The position numbers were made by a program, and so were the translations under genes. This document shows positions 1 to 11,800 of a DNA stretch of 36,373 bases, in pieces. Where the stretch lies: positions 3,205,074 to 3,241,446 of the forward strand of contig NC_057755.1 of NCBI RefSeq assembly GCF_004010195.1, read 5' to 3'. The number at the start of each line of letters is the position of its first letter. Positions within the stretch are counted from its first letter, which is position 1. The notes under the pieces were generated by a model. It had not been told where the DNA came from. It saw nothing but the letters and a program-made list of their open reading frames with translations, and did not search any database. Source of the stretch: Chiloscyllium plagiosum (lineage: Eukaryota).

Positions 1-269
1 TCCCGACCTCTCCGCCCCCACCCCCGTCTGACCTATCACCCTCACCTTGACCTCTTTCCACCTATCACATTTCCGACGCCCCTCCCCCAAGTCCCTCCTC
101 CCTACCTTTTATCTTAGCCTGCTGGACAAACTTTCCTCATTACTGAAGAAGAGCTTATGCCCGAAACGTCGATTCTCTTGTTCCCTGGATGCTGCCTGAC
201 CTGCTGCGCTTTTCCAGCAACACATTTTCAGCTCTGATCTCCAGCATCTGCAGACCTCACTTTCTCCTC
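1..269 (+). mobile_element. Penelope-like element 3' terminal (pseudo-LTR) segment, truncated by window start
   Basis: Near reverse-complement of 36086-36373. Contains CTGAAGA..GAAACGTC and the 3' end ...gatctccagcatctgcagacctcactttctc shared with the copies at 23814, 25714, 28611 and 29489. PLE assignment rests on the recalled PLE-associated hammerhead motif. Confidence 0.7.
143..170 (+). ncRNA. Minimal hammerhead-ribozyme-like core (helix II with one mismatch)
   Basis: CTGAAGA(143-149)-A-GAGC-TTAT-GCCC-GAAACGTC(163-170). Other copies have GGGC in helix II. Confidence 0.5.
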
Positions 270-270
270 A

Positions 271-615
271 AAGCACTCCATTAGTCACAGGCCTCCAGTC
301 TGAAAAGCATCCTTCCACTATTACCCTCCGCTTCCTACCATCAAGCCAAATTGTGTATCCAATTTGCCAGCTCCCCCTGGATTCCATGCGATCTATCCTT
401 CCAGAGCAGCCCACCATGTGGAACCTTATCAAAGGCCTTACTAAAATCCATATAGACTACGTCTACCAACCTGCCCTTGTCAACCTTCCTGGTCACTTCA
501 CCAAAGAGCTTAAACAAATTTGTTAGGCATGATCTCCCTTACAAAACGCCAGGCTGACTACTCCAAATCAAACCCTGTCTTTCCAAATGCATGGATGTCT
601 TATCCCTCAGAATCC
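271..615 (-). mobile_element. CR1-type LINE ORF2 (RT) fragment, decayed
   Basis: Minus strand resembles CR1 RT (HLERQGLI..SQ.G; V.VVYMDFSKAFDKVPHG) and is similar to the CR1 copy at 3991-5020. Confidence 0.8.
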
Positions 616-639
616 CTCTTTTTATTTCACTATTACTTT

Positions 640-1335
640 GGAAGCTCCCCTCCCAAAAAAAAAAATGATTACAGGCTCCCAAAATAGAACTAGCAAATCT
701 CCCCATCAAGGCATTGGTCCCATTCCAGTTCAGGTGAAACCCATCCTTTTTTGAACAGGCCTGTTCTCTCCCAGAAGAGATCCAAGCTGAATCCCTGCAC
801 ATTGCACTACCTCTTCAGCCATTGATTTATCTGCCCTTCCCTTCTCTCGTTTGATCTTTTGCACTGGAAGTAAACCATTACTACTTTTGATGTTCTGCCT
901 TTTAACCTTCTACCTAACCTCTTGTACTCACTCTGCAGAGCCTTAACCCTTTCCCTGACTATGTCATTCCTGCCAATGTGTACAAACATTTCCAGCTTCT
1001 CACCCTCCCCTTTGACAATATGCTTTAAACATTCTGAAGCATCCTTCACCCAGGCACCAAAAATGTAACATACTCTCCTAGATTCATGCTTACTGCTGTA
1101 GAATCTCCTCTTCATGCCTCTGAGAGGAGTGTTCCCTGTAACAATTATTCTTTTAAATCTTGACAAACCCATTTAACGTAAGATTCATTCTTAATGCCCA
1201 AGATCTGAATAACACCATTATTTTCCTCAGAGAGACTATATCTTTCAACAGTACACAAAACAGAATATCTGTTTGAGAGAGGAATAGCCGCAGGAGACTT
1301 CTGAACTCCCCTCTTCCCTTTCCTGACAATCATCT
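640..1335 (-). mobile_element. CR1-type LINE ORF1 (SGNH esterase-like) fragment, frameshifted
   Basis: ORFs 1145-1333, 807-1172 and 539-802 give IPLSNRYSVL, FVHIGRNDI and DGFHLNWNGTNAL, matching CR1 ORF1 esterase motifs (HxGTND, DGLHL). Confidence 0.75.
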
Positions 1336-1608
1336 ATCTGATTGACCCTTCTCTAAATCTACCCATCCTCACGCTCAGTGTCTCCTGTATGGCTTCAACG
1401 ACATTAAGTCTGAAATGAAGAAGCTCTCAATAGCACCTTATATCTAAAAATAAACTGCCTTTCCTAAACCGCAGACTTAATATGGAGCATGCAAAAAATA
1501 GTAAAGAAAATTAATACTAATATTAAAAAGAAATCAAAGACTCAATTGAACAAATGAGAGAAAATGAATCCTCAAATAATCCAACATTCAGCTTTTGGCT
1601 TCAGGAAT

Positions 1609-1992
1609 TAAACAAATTTCTCCAGAGCTGTCCACGTGGCAGGCCTCTCCACAAACTCTATACAAACAATCTCACCAGGGCTGACCACGTGTAGGCCTCT
1701 CCACAAGCTCTGTATACAAACAATCTCACCAGGGCTGACCACGTGTAGGCCTCTCCACAAGCTCTATATAAACAATCTCACCAGGGCTGACCACGTGTAG
1801 GCCTCTCCACAAGCTCTATACAAACAATCTCACTAGGGCTGACCACGTGTAGGCCTCTCCACAAGCTCTATACAAACAATCTCACCAGAGCCATCCACAT
1901 GTCGGCCTCTTCACAAGCTCCATATATAAACAATCTCTCCAGAGCCGTCCACATGTCGGCCTCTTCACAAGCTCCGTATATAAACAATCTCT
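1609..1992. repeat. 52-54 bp minisatellite, ~7 copies plus a partial copy
   Basis: Unit aaacaatctcaccagggctgaccacgtgtaggcctctccacaagctctatac. Starts at ~1609, 1664, 1718, 1770, 1822, 1874, 1928 and 1982. Confidence 0.95.
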
Positions 1993-2029
1993 GCTTCTAT
2001 GTATATTTGCTCATGTTACTTTATTTCTG

Positions 2030-2260
2030 TTAAAGCTGACTCACCAATGCTGACAGCCTCATTGGTCTAAAATTCCCGAGCTTTTCCTTGCTGACATTCA
2101 CAAATAATGGCACCACATCAGCCACCCTCCAGTCTCTATTGCCCACCCATTGTACAGCATGGAGGTACAGCATGGAAACAGACCCTTCAGTCCAACTCAT
2201 CCATGCTGACCAGATATCCCAACCTAATCTAGTCCCATTTGCCCACCATTGGCCCAGCAA
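2030..2260 (-). mobile_element. CR1 fragments: ORF2 piece plus 3' tail
   Basis: Minus ORF gives DWRVADVVPLF...GNFRPMRLS (CR1 NYRPVSLTS region). 2165-2255 matches the CR1 3' tail at 3995-4100. Confidence 0.75.
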
Positions 2261-2754
2261 TCTCTTCCCTCGCTTCCTCACAGTCCGACATTTTTAAAGA
2301 TCAGAGAATTGTTTTCTGCCGGATTGTATGGAGTGAAGTCCACAAACAGCATGGCCTCACATCCACTCCCACTCTACCTGACGGAGACCACGGACAATGA
2401 TACATGGGAGGGGCTCGACAAACCACGAACCCCTGGAGAATCCTTTCAGAAGACGAACACTCTCAGAAGCAATGATCCAATGACTAGTGTTTGTCTCTAT
2501 GGGACTTGACCAGCCATGACTCTCCCGTGGTATCCGAGATCATGACTCCGCCTCTCGGAATCCTTGAGGAAAGGCATCATCAACCCTGTCCACAAGTGGA
2601 AGGGGGAAGGAGAGGGGAATGACCCCACTGTGTCTCTGTCACTGACCCCTGGGGACATTAAACTGACCCCACTGTGACTCTGTCACTGACCCAGTCACTA
2701 TTGCCCTGGAGGGTCCCTCTCTCACTGTGGACAGGCAATTGGTGCTGAGCTTAA

Positions 2755-3018
2755 CTTGGGGGTCGGGAAGGCAGGGCCTTCGGGTGACCTCGGCTGGTAT
2801 GTGTAACACAGCCCCCCGCTGTTAGCTCTGTATGACAAAGCAGCCATCCAGCTAACTGAGAATCAGAGGGTGCAGATGGAGACCATTTGGCCAGTTGAGT
2901 CTGCACTGCCCCTCCGAAGATCATCCGACCCAAACCTACCCCCTACCCTGTCCCTGTAACCTGCATTTCCCATGGCCAACACACTCCAGCCCCCACCCCC
3001 CTCCCTGGACACTATGGT
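2755..3018 (-). mobile_element. Degenerate SINE remnants (tRNA-like head ~2755-2860; HE1-like 3' part ~2870-3018)
   Basis: 2870-3018 resembles the 3' part of the HE1 copy at 20201-20340 (gacccaaacc..cccctacc..cactatgg). 2755-2860 resembles a recalled shark SINE head (gccatccagctaactgag). Confidence 0.4.
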
Positions 3019-3229
3019 CAATAATCTGAAATGTTTTCATCTCTCTGTGGCTCCTAACAATTACACTGGTCCTGTACTATCATAGTGATGTAATTTATGT
3101 TGGTGTCTCAGGGGTGGGTGTTGCCTTGTTACAGGATGGTGAAAGGAGAATAGAGGACCCAGTGGGAGATTTCTGTTAAAAAACGAGTTTCCTTCATTCA
3201 GACAGTCGCTAATGATTCCTCCTCCTGGC

Positions 3230-3990
3230 CACCACAGGAGCCGCTCTGCCTCTCCTCACAGCCCACTTCCTCCTTGTCAGTCCTTCCCTCGAGGGAAACC
3301 TTCCTCCTCCACTTGGTCACCACCCACCGGCCTTGTACCCGCCCTAAACTTCTTGATTGCAGAATGCAGACGTGACATCAGCCACCTCAATTCCTCCACC
3401 CCCTCTCACCCACTCCAACCTCATCCCCTCCGAACGTGCAGCACTCCGCTCTCTCTGCACCAAAACCCGGTTCACCATCAAACCTGCTGACAAAGCCGGG
3501 GCGGTGTTAGTCTGGAGAATGGTGCCCTATGTCGCAGAGGCCAAATGCCAATTCTCCAAAACCACGTCCTTCCTCCCCCTTTCCAACGACTGCACTGTGA
3601 CCCATTAGGGCCAACATCACCCACACTGTCCCTGCTGTCATTGCCGCCAGTGATCTCCCCTCCACTGCCTCCAAAACCATAGTTCCCCCAGCCCCATACT
3701 GCGCGTTTCTACCTGCTCCCCAGGGTCCACAAACCCAACTACCCCGGCCGACCCATTGTCTCAGCAAGCTCCTGCACCACCGAACTCATCTCATTCTACC
3801 TCGACTCCATCCTCTCCCCCTTCGTTCAGGCACTTCCTACCTATATCCGCAAAACCAACCATGCCCTCCATCTCTTGAGCAACTTCCAGTTCCCCAGCCT
3901 CCAGGGCTTTATCTTCACTATGAACGTGCAGTCCTTATACACATCCATACCCCACAAGGATGGCCTCCAAGCCCTCCGCTTCTTTCTCTC
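3230..3990 (+). mobile_element. Penelope-like retroelement RT, 5' part (decayed)
   Basis: Frameshifted translation SNLIPSERAALRSL..TIKPADKAGAVLVW..PGRPIVS..FIFTMNVQSLYTSIPHKDGLQALRFFLS matches PLE RT motifs (KPADKG, PGRPIVS, DVxSLYTxIP). Confidence 0.85.
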
Positions 3991-5020
3991 ATTGAGTCAT
4001 AGAGATGTACAGCAGGGAAACAGACCCTTCGGTCCAACCAGTCCATGCCGACCAGATATCCCAACCCAATCTAGTCTCACCTGCCAGCACCCGGCCCATA
4101 TCCCTCCAATCCCTTACTATTCATATACCCAGCCAAATGCCTTTTAAATGTTGCAATTGTACCAGCCTCCACCACTTCCTCTGGCAGCTCATTCCATACA
4201 CGTACCACCCTCTGCGTGAAAAAGTTGCCCCTTAGGTCTCTTTTACATTTTTCCCCTCTCATCCTAAACCTATGTCCTCTAGTTCTGGACTCCCCGACCC
4301 CAGGGAAAAGACTTTGTCTATTTACCCTATCCATGCCCCTCATAATTTTGTAAACCTCTAAAAGGTCACCCCTCAGCCTCTGACGCTCAAGGGAAAACAG
4401 TCCCAGCCTGTTCAGCCCCTCCCTGTAGCTCAAATCCTCCAAACCTGGCAACATCCTTGTAAATCTTTTCTGAACCCTTTCAAGTTTCACAACATCTTTC
4501 CGATAGGAAGGAGACCAGATTTGCACGCAACATCCCAACAGTGGCTTAACCAATGTCCTGTACAGCTGCAACTTGACCTCCCAACTCCTGTACTCAACAT
4601 TCTGACCGATAAAGGAAACATACCAAACGCCTTCTTCACTATCCTATCTACCTGCGACTCCACTTTCAAGAAACTATAAATCTGCTCTCCAAGGTCTCTT
4701 TGTTCAGCAACACTCCCTCGGACCTTACCATTAAGTGTATAAGTCCTGCTAAGATTTGCTTTCCCAAAATGCAGCCCCTGACATTTATCTGAATTAAACT
4801 CCATCTGCCACTTCTCAGCCTTACTGAAATCCATATAGATCACATCTACCACTCTGCCCTTATCAATCCCCTTTGTTGTTTCTTCAAAAAACTCAATCAA
4901 GTTTGTGAGACATGATTTCCCACACACAAAGCCATGTTGACTATCCCTAATCAGTCCTTGCCTTTCCAAATACTTGTACATCCCGTCTCTCAGGATTCCC
5001 TCCAACAACTTGCCCACCAC
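3991..5020 (-). mobile_element. 5'-truncated CR1 LINE with internal RT deletion, nested in the Penelope RT
   Basis: ORFs 4487-5020 and 4077-4571 give CR1 ORF2 (SQHGFVCGKSCLTNLIEFFEE..DFSK; LERVQKRFTRMLPG..FFTQRVVRVWNELP). The 3' tail (ctgtacatctctatgactc) is at ~3995. Confidence 0.92.
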
Positions 5021-5490
5021 CTATGTCTCTCGAACAGACCCATTCAGTCTCCCTCCACCGATACCCTCCTCCACCTCACCAAAACAGTCCTCACCCTTAA
5101 TAACTTTCCTTTAACTCCTCCCATTTCCTCCAAATCCAGGGGGTGGCCAAATGGACCCAGGCTATGCCTGCCTCTTTGTCGGCCATATCGAACAATCCCT
5201 CTTCAGTACCTACATAGGCACTGTGCTCCAACTCTTCTGCCATTCCATCGATGACTGCATCAGTGCAGACCAGGCTGAACTGGAGCAGTTCATCGACTTC
5301 ACCCACAACTCCCATCCTGCCCTCAAATTCACTTGGTCCATCTCGGATACCTCCCTCCCCTTTCTTGTCCTCGCTATTTCCATCTCTGGCGACAGTCTCC
5401 AGACAGACATTGACGACAAACCCACAGGCTCCCATAACTACCTGGACTACACCTCCTGCCACCCAGTATGCTGCAAAAACTCTCCGGGTT
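5021..5490 (+). mobile_element. Penelope-like retroelement RT, 3' continuation (decayed, ends before a GIY-YIG domain)
   Basis: LSNRPIQSPSTDTLLHLTKTVLTLNNF..MDPGYACLFVG..HSIDDCI (degenerate RYIDD)..LKFTWSISDTSLPFL..KPTGSHNYLDYTSCHP resumes where 3990 stops. Confidence 0.85.
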
Positions 5491-5499
5491 CCTCTGCCT

Positions 5500-5790
5500 C
5501 CAATATAACTGCTCGGATGTGGAGACTTTCAAATTGCTGGGGGTTGATAGGGTTGCTAAGAAGGCATATGGTGTGTTAGCATTTATTGGTGGAGAGATTG
5601 AGTTTCGGTGCCATGAGGTCATGTTGCAGCTCTACAAAACTCTGGTGCAGCCGTGAAAAAGTCTACAGATTGAAAACTTGTCGTTAAACATTTAGACTAA
5701 TGTGCAATGTTGAATTACAGAACACATTTGCTGCACAGTAGAAGGTAGATAGGCAGGGATGGTAAAGCAATTAAGAACATTTGCCTTAAC
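5500..5790 (+). mobile_element. CR1 ORF2 fragments
   Basis: VDRVAKKAYGVLAFIGGEIEFRCHEVMLQLYKTLVQP (5468-5656 ORF), followed by a second more decayed copy of the same region. Confidence 0.7.
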
Positions 5791-5804
5791 CATCAGTGAA
5801 TCAG

Positions 5805-8800
5805 TGTGGTTAGAGGCCCCTGTCGCAATTCAGAGACCCCTGTAGTAATTGGAATTCGAGATCCCTGTAGTAATTGGGGTTAGAGGCCGCTGTAGTAACT
5901 GGGGTTAGAATCCCCAGTAATAATTGGGGTTACAGTCCCCTGTGTCTTGTGAGGTTAGAGTCCCCTGTGTTTTGTGGGGTTAGAGCCCCATGTGTCTTGT
6001 GGGGTTAGAGGCCCCTTTAGTAATTGGGGTTAGAGTTCCCTTTAGTAATTAAGGTTACAGCCCCCTGTAACAATTGGTGTTAGAGTGCCCTGTAGTAATT
6101 GGGGTTAGAAGCCCCTGTGTTTTGTGGAGTTAGAAGCCCCTGCAGTAATTGGGGTTAGAGCCACTTGTAGTAATTGAGGTTACAGCCCCCTGTAGTAATT
6201 GAGGTTAGAGCCCCCTGTAGTAATTGGGGTTAGAGTCCCCTGTAGTAACTGGGGTTAGAGACCCTGTAGTAACAGGGGTTAGAGGCCCCTGTAGTAACAG
6301 GGGTTAGAGGCCCCTGTAGTAATTGAGGTTAGAGCCCCCTGTAGTAATTGAGGTTGGAGCGCCCTGTAGTAATTGGGGTTAAAGTGCCCTGTAGTAAATG
6401 GGTTTAGAGGCCTCTGTGTTTTTTGGGTAGAGAGGCCTCTGTGTTTTTTGGGTATAGAGGCCCCTGTGTTTTTTGGGTATAGAGGCCCCTGTGTTTTGTG
6501 GGGTTAGAGTCTCTGTGTCCTGTGGGGTTAGAGGCCAATGTGTTTTGTGGGGTTAGAGGCCCCTGTGTTTTGGGGGATAGAGGCCTCTGTATTTTGTGAG
6601 GTTAGAGGCCCCTGTGTTTTGTGGGGTTAGAAGTCACTGTATTTTGTGGGGTTCAAGGCCGCTGGGGGTTAGAAGTCACTGTATTTTGTGGGGTTCAAGG
6701 CCGCTGTGTTTTGTGGTGTTAGAGCCTACTGTGTTTCATGAGGTTAGAGCCCCCTGTAGTAATTGGTGTCAGAGTGCAGTGTAGTAATTGGAGTTAGAAG
6801 CCCCTGTGTTTTGTGGGGTTAGAGGGCCCTGTATTTTGTGGAGTTAGAGCCCACTGTAGTTATTGAGGTAAGAGCTCCCTGTAGTAATTGATGTTAGAGT
6901 GCCCTGTAGTAATTGGGGTTGGAGTGCCCTGTAGTAATTGGGGTTAAAGTGCCCTGCAGTAATTGGGTTTACAGTCCCCTGTGTTTTTTTGGGGGCAGAG
7001 GCCCCTGTAGTAATTGGGCTTAGAGCACCCTGTAGTAATTGGGGTGAGAGTCCGCTGTGTTTTGCGGGGTTAGAGCCCCCTGTGTCTTGTGGGTTGAGAG
7101 GACAATGTGTTTTATGGGGTTAGAAACCCGGGTTTTGTGGGGTTTAAGGCCTCTGAGTTTTATGGGGTTCGAGGCCACTTTGTTTTGTGGTGTTAGAGTC
7201 TCCTGTGTTTCGTGAGGTTAGAGGTCTCTGTAGTAATTGGGGTTAGAGTGCCCTGTAGTAATTGGGGTGAGAGTGCAGTGTAGTAATTGGAGTTAGAAGC
7301 CCCTGGAGTAACTGGGGTTCAACGCCCCTGTGTTTTGTGGGGTTAGAGGCCCCGTAGTAATTGGGGTTAGAGTCCTCTGTAGTAATTGGGGTTAGAGCCC
7401 TCTGTAGTAATTGAAGATAGACACCTCTGTATTTTGTGGGATTAGAGGCCCCTGTAGTAATTGGTGTTAGTGTGCCCTGTTGTATTTGGGTTAGAGACCT
7501 CTGTGTTTTGTGTAGATAGAGACCGCTTTGCTTTGTGGGGTTAGAGGCTCCTGTAGAAATTGGTGTTAGAGGGCAGTGTAGTAATTGGAGTTAGAAGTCC
7601 CTATAGTAATTGGAATTAGAAGCCCCAGTGTTTTGTGGGGTTAGAGGCCCCGTAGTAATTGGGGTTAGTGTCCTCTGTAGTAATTAGGCTTAGAGCCTTC
7701 TGTAGTAATTGGGGTTTGAGGCTCCTGTGTTTTACAGGGTTAGAGGCCCCTGTAGTAATTGGGGTTAGAGTGCCCTGTAGTAACTGGGGTTAGAGTGCCC
7801 TGTAGTAACTGGGGTTAGGGTGCCCTGGGTTTTGTGGGGTTAAAGGCCCATGTAGGAATTGGGGTTAGATTCCCCTGTAGTAATTGCAGTTAGAGGTCCC
7901 TGTGTTTTGTGGGGATGGAGGCCCCTGTAGGAATTGGGGTTAGAGTGCCCTGTAGTAAGTGGGGTTAGAGGCTCCTGTAGTAATTAGAGTTAGAGGCTCC
8001 TGTGTTTTGTGGGGCTAGAGGGGTTATGGGTTAGGGTGCCCTGGGTTTTGTGGGGTTAAAGGCCCATGTAGGAATTGGGGTTAGATTCCCCTATAGTAAT
8101 TGCAGTTAGAGGTCCCTGTGTTTTGTGGGGATAGAGGCCCCTGTAGGAATTGGGGTTAGAGTGCCCTGTAGTAACTGGGGTTAGAGGCTCCTGTAGTAAT
8201 TAGAGTTAGAGTTAGAGGCTCCTGTGTTTTGTGGGGCTAGAGGGGTTAGGGGTTAGGGTGCCCTGGGTTTTGTGGGGTTAAAGGCCCATGTAGTAACTGG
8301 GGTTAGAGTCCCATGTAGTAACTGGAGTTAGAGGCCCCTGTGTTTTGTGGGGATAGAGGCCCCTGTAGGAATTGGGGTTAGAGTGCCCTGTAGTAACTGG
8401 GGTTAGAGGCTCCTGTAGTAATTAGAGTTAGAGGCTCCTGTGTTTTGTGGGGTTAGAGGTCTCTGTAGGAATTGGGGTTAGAGTGCCCTGTCATAATTGC
8501 GGTTAGAGGACCCAGTAGTAATTGGGGTTAGAGGATCCAGTAGTAAATATGATCTGTAGTAATTGGGGTTAGAGTCGCCTGTACTAACTGGGATTAGAGG
8601 CTGCTTGGTTTTGTGGGGTTAGAAGTGCCTGTAGGAATTGGGGTTAGAGTCCCCTGTAGTAATTGCGGTTAGAGGTCCCTGTGCTTTGTGGGGATAGAGG
8701 CCCCTGTAGGAATTGGGGTTAGAGGGCCCTGTGTTTTGTGGGGTTAGATGTTCCTGTAGTAATTGGGGGAAGAGACCTCGGTAGTAATTGGGGTTAGAAA

Positions 8801-11800
8801 CCCTGTATAACAGGGGCTAGAGGCCCATTTGCTTTGTGGGGTTAGAGGCCCCTGTAGTAATTGGGGCTAGAGGCCCCTGTAGTAATTGGGGTTAGAGACC
8901 CTGTTCAACAAGGGTTAGAGGCCGCCTGTATATTATGGGGTTAGAGGGCCTTGTAGTAATTGGGATGAGAGGCCCCTGTGTGTTGTGTTGTTAGAGGACC
9001 TTGTGCTTTGTGGGGTTTGAGGCCCCTGTAGTAATTGGGCTTAGACCCCGCTGTAGTAATTGAGGTTAGAGCCCCCTGCAGTAATTGGTGTTGGAGGCCT
9101 CTGTGTTTTTTGGGGGTAGAGGTCTCTGTAGTAATTGGGGTTAGAGTGCCCTGGAGTAATTTGGGTTAGAGACCCTGTAGTAACTGTGGTTAGAGGCCCC
9201 TGTGCTTTGTGGGGTTCAAGTGCCTGTAGTAATTGGGGTTAGAGGGCCCTGTAGTAAATGGGTTAGAGGCCCCTGTATTTTGTGGGGTTAGAGGCCCCTG
9301 TAGTAATTGAGGTTTAGAGCACCCTGTAATAATTGGGGTTAGAGTGTCCTGTAGTAATTGGGGTTAAAGTGTCCTGTAGTAAATGGGTTTAGAGGCTCCT
9401 GTGTTTTTTGGGGTTAGCAGTCCTTGTGTTTTGTGGGGTTAGAACTCCCTGTGTCCTGTGAGGTTAGAGGCCCCTGTATTTTATGTGGTTAGAGGCCCCT
9501 GTATTTTGTGGGGTTAGAGGCCCCTGTAGTAATTGAGGTTAGAGCACCCTGTAGTAATTGGGGTTAAAGTGCCCTGTAGTAAGTGGGTTTAAAGGCCGCT
9601 ATAGAAATTGGGATGAGAGGCCCCTGTGTTTTATGTGGTTAGAGACCCCTGTATTTTGTGGGGTTAGAGTTCCCTGTAGGAATCGGAGTTAGAATCCCCT
9701 GTAGTAATTGCAGCTAGACGTACCTGTGTTTTGTGGGGATAGAGGCCCCTGTAGTAATCGGGGTTAGAGGTCCCTGTAGGAATTGGGGTTAGAGTGCCCT
9801 GTCATAATTGCGGTTAGAGGACCCAGTAGTAATTGGGGTTAGAGGATCCAGTAGTAAATGTGATTAGAGTGCCCTGTAGTAATGGGGGTTAGAGTCGCCT
9901 GTAGTAACTGGGGTTAGAGGCTCCTTGGTTTTGTGGGGTTAGAGGCGCCTGTAGGAATTGGGGTTAGAGTCCCCTGTAGGAATTGGGGTTAGAGGGCCCT
10001 GTGTTTTGTGGGGTTAGATGTTCCTGTAGTAACTGGGGGAAGAGACCTCTGTAGTAATTGGGGTTAGAAACCCTGTATAACAGGGGTTCGAGGCCCATTT
10101 GCTTTGTGGAGTTAGAGGCCCCTGTAGTAATTGGGGTTAGAGGCCTCTGTGGTTTTTGGTGGTAGAGGTCTCTGTAGTAATTGGGGTTAGAGTGCCCTGT
10201 AGTAATACGGGTTAGAGACCCTGTAGTAACTGTGGTTAGAGGCCCCTGTACTTTGTGGGGTTAGAGGCCCCTGTGCTTTGTGGGGTTCAAGTGCCTGTAG
10301 TAATTGGGGTTTGAGTGCCCTGTAGTAAATGGGTTAGAAGGTCCTGTATTTTGTGGGGATAGAGGCCCCTGTAGGAATTGGGGTTAGAGGGCCCTGTGTT
10401 TTGTGGGGTTAGATGTTCCTGTAGTAATTGGGGGAAGAGACCTCGGTAGTAATTGGGGTTAGAAACCCTGTATAACAGGGGCTAGAGGCCCATTTGCTTT
10501 GTGGAGTTAGAGGCCTCTGTAGTAATTGGGGTTAGAGGCCCCTGTAGTAATTGGGGTTAGAGACCCTGTTCAACAAGGGTTAGAGGCCGCCTGTATATTA
10601 TGGGGTTAGAGGGCCTTGTAGTAATTGGGATGAGAGGCCCCTGTGTGTTATGTGGTTAGAGGCCCTTGTGCTTTGTGGGGTTTGAGGCCCCTGTAGTAAT
10701 TGGGCTTAGACCCCGCTGTAGTAATTGAAGTTAGAGCCCCCTGCAGTAATTGGTGTTCGAGGCCTCTGTGTTTTTTGGGGGTAGAGGTCTCTGTAGTAAT
10801 TGGGGTTAGAGTGCCCTGGAGTAATTCGAGTTAGAGACCCTGTAGTAACTGTGGTAAGAGGCCCCTGTATTTTGTGGGGCTAGAGGCCCCTGTAGTAATT
10901 GGGGTTAGAGTGTCCTGTAGTAATTGGGTTAGAGGCCGCTACAGAAATTGGGGTTAGAAGCCCCTGTGTTTTGTCGGGTTAGAGGGATCTGAAGTAATTG
11001 GGATGAGAGGCCCCTGTGTTTTATGTGGTTAGAGGCCCCTGTATTTTGTGGGGTTAGAGCGCCCTGTAGTAATTGGGGTTAAAGTGCCCTGTAGTAAATG
11101 GGTTTAGAGGCTCCTGTGTTTTTTGGGTGTAGAGACCCCTGTGTTTTGTGGGGTTAGAGTTCCCTGTGTTTTGTCGGGTTAGAGCTCCCTGTGTCCTGTG
11201 AGGTTAGAGGCCCCTGTGTTTTGTGAGGTTGGAGGCCCATGTGTATTGTGGAGTTTGAGGCCACTGTGTTTTGTGAGGTTAGAGGCCCCGGTGTTTTGTG
11301 GGGTTAGAGGCCCCTGTATTTTGTGCGGTTAGAGGAAACTGTATATTATGGGGTTAGAGGCCTCTGTGTTTTTTGGGGGTAGAGGTCTCTGTTGTAATTA
11401 GGGTTAGAGTGCCCTGTAGTAATTGGGTTTAGAGTCCCTATAGTAACTGGACGTATAGGCACTTGGGTTTTGTGGGGTTAGATGTTCCTGTAGTAATTGG
11501 AGTTAGAGTCCCCTGTAGTATTTCGGGTTAGAGACTATGTAGTAATTGGAGTTAGAGACTATGTAGTAAATGGAGTTAGAGGCCGCTATAGAAATTGGGG
11601 TTAGAAGCCCCTGTGTTTTGTCGGGTTAGAGGGCCCTGAAGTAATTGGGATGAGAGGCCCCTGTGTTATGTAGGGTTAGAGAGCCCTGTAGTGATTGGGG
11701 TTAGAGGACCATGTAATAATTGGAGTTAGAATGCCCTGTAGTAACTGGGGTTAGAGGCCCCTATAGTAATTGGGGTTAGAGTGCCCTGTAGTAATTCGGG

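Noticed and set aside
2620..2700. Short direct repeat tgaccccactgtg.ctctgtcactgaccc (2 copies)
   Set aside because: Ordinary local duplication with no further structure.
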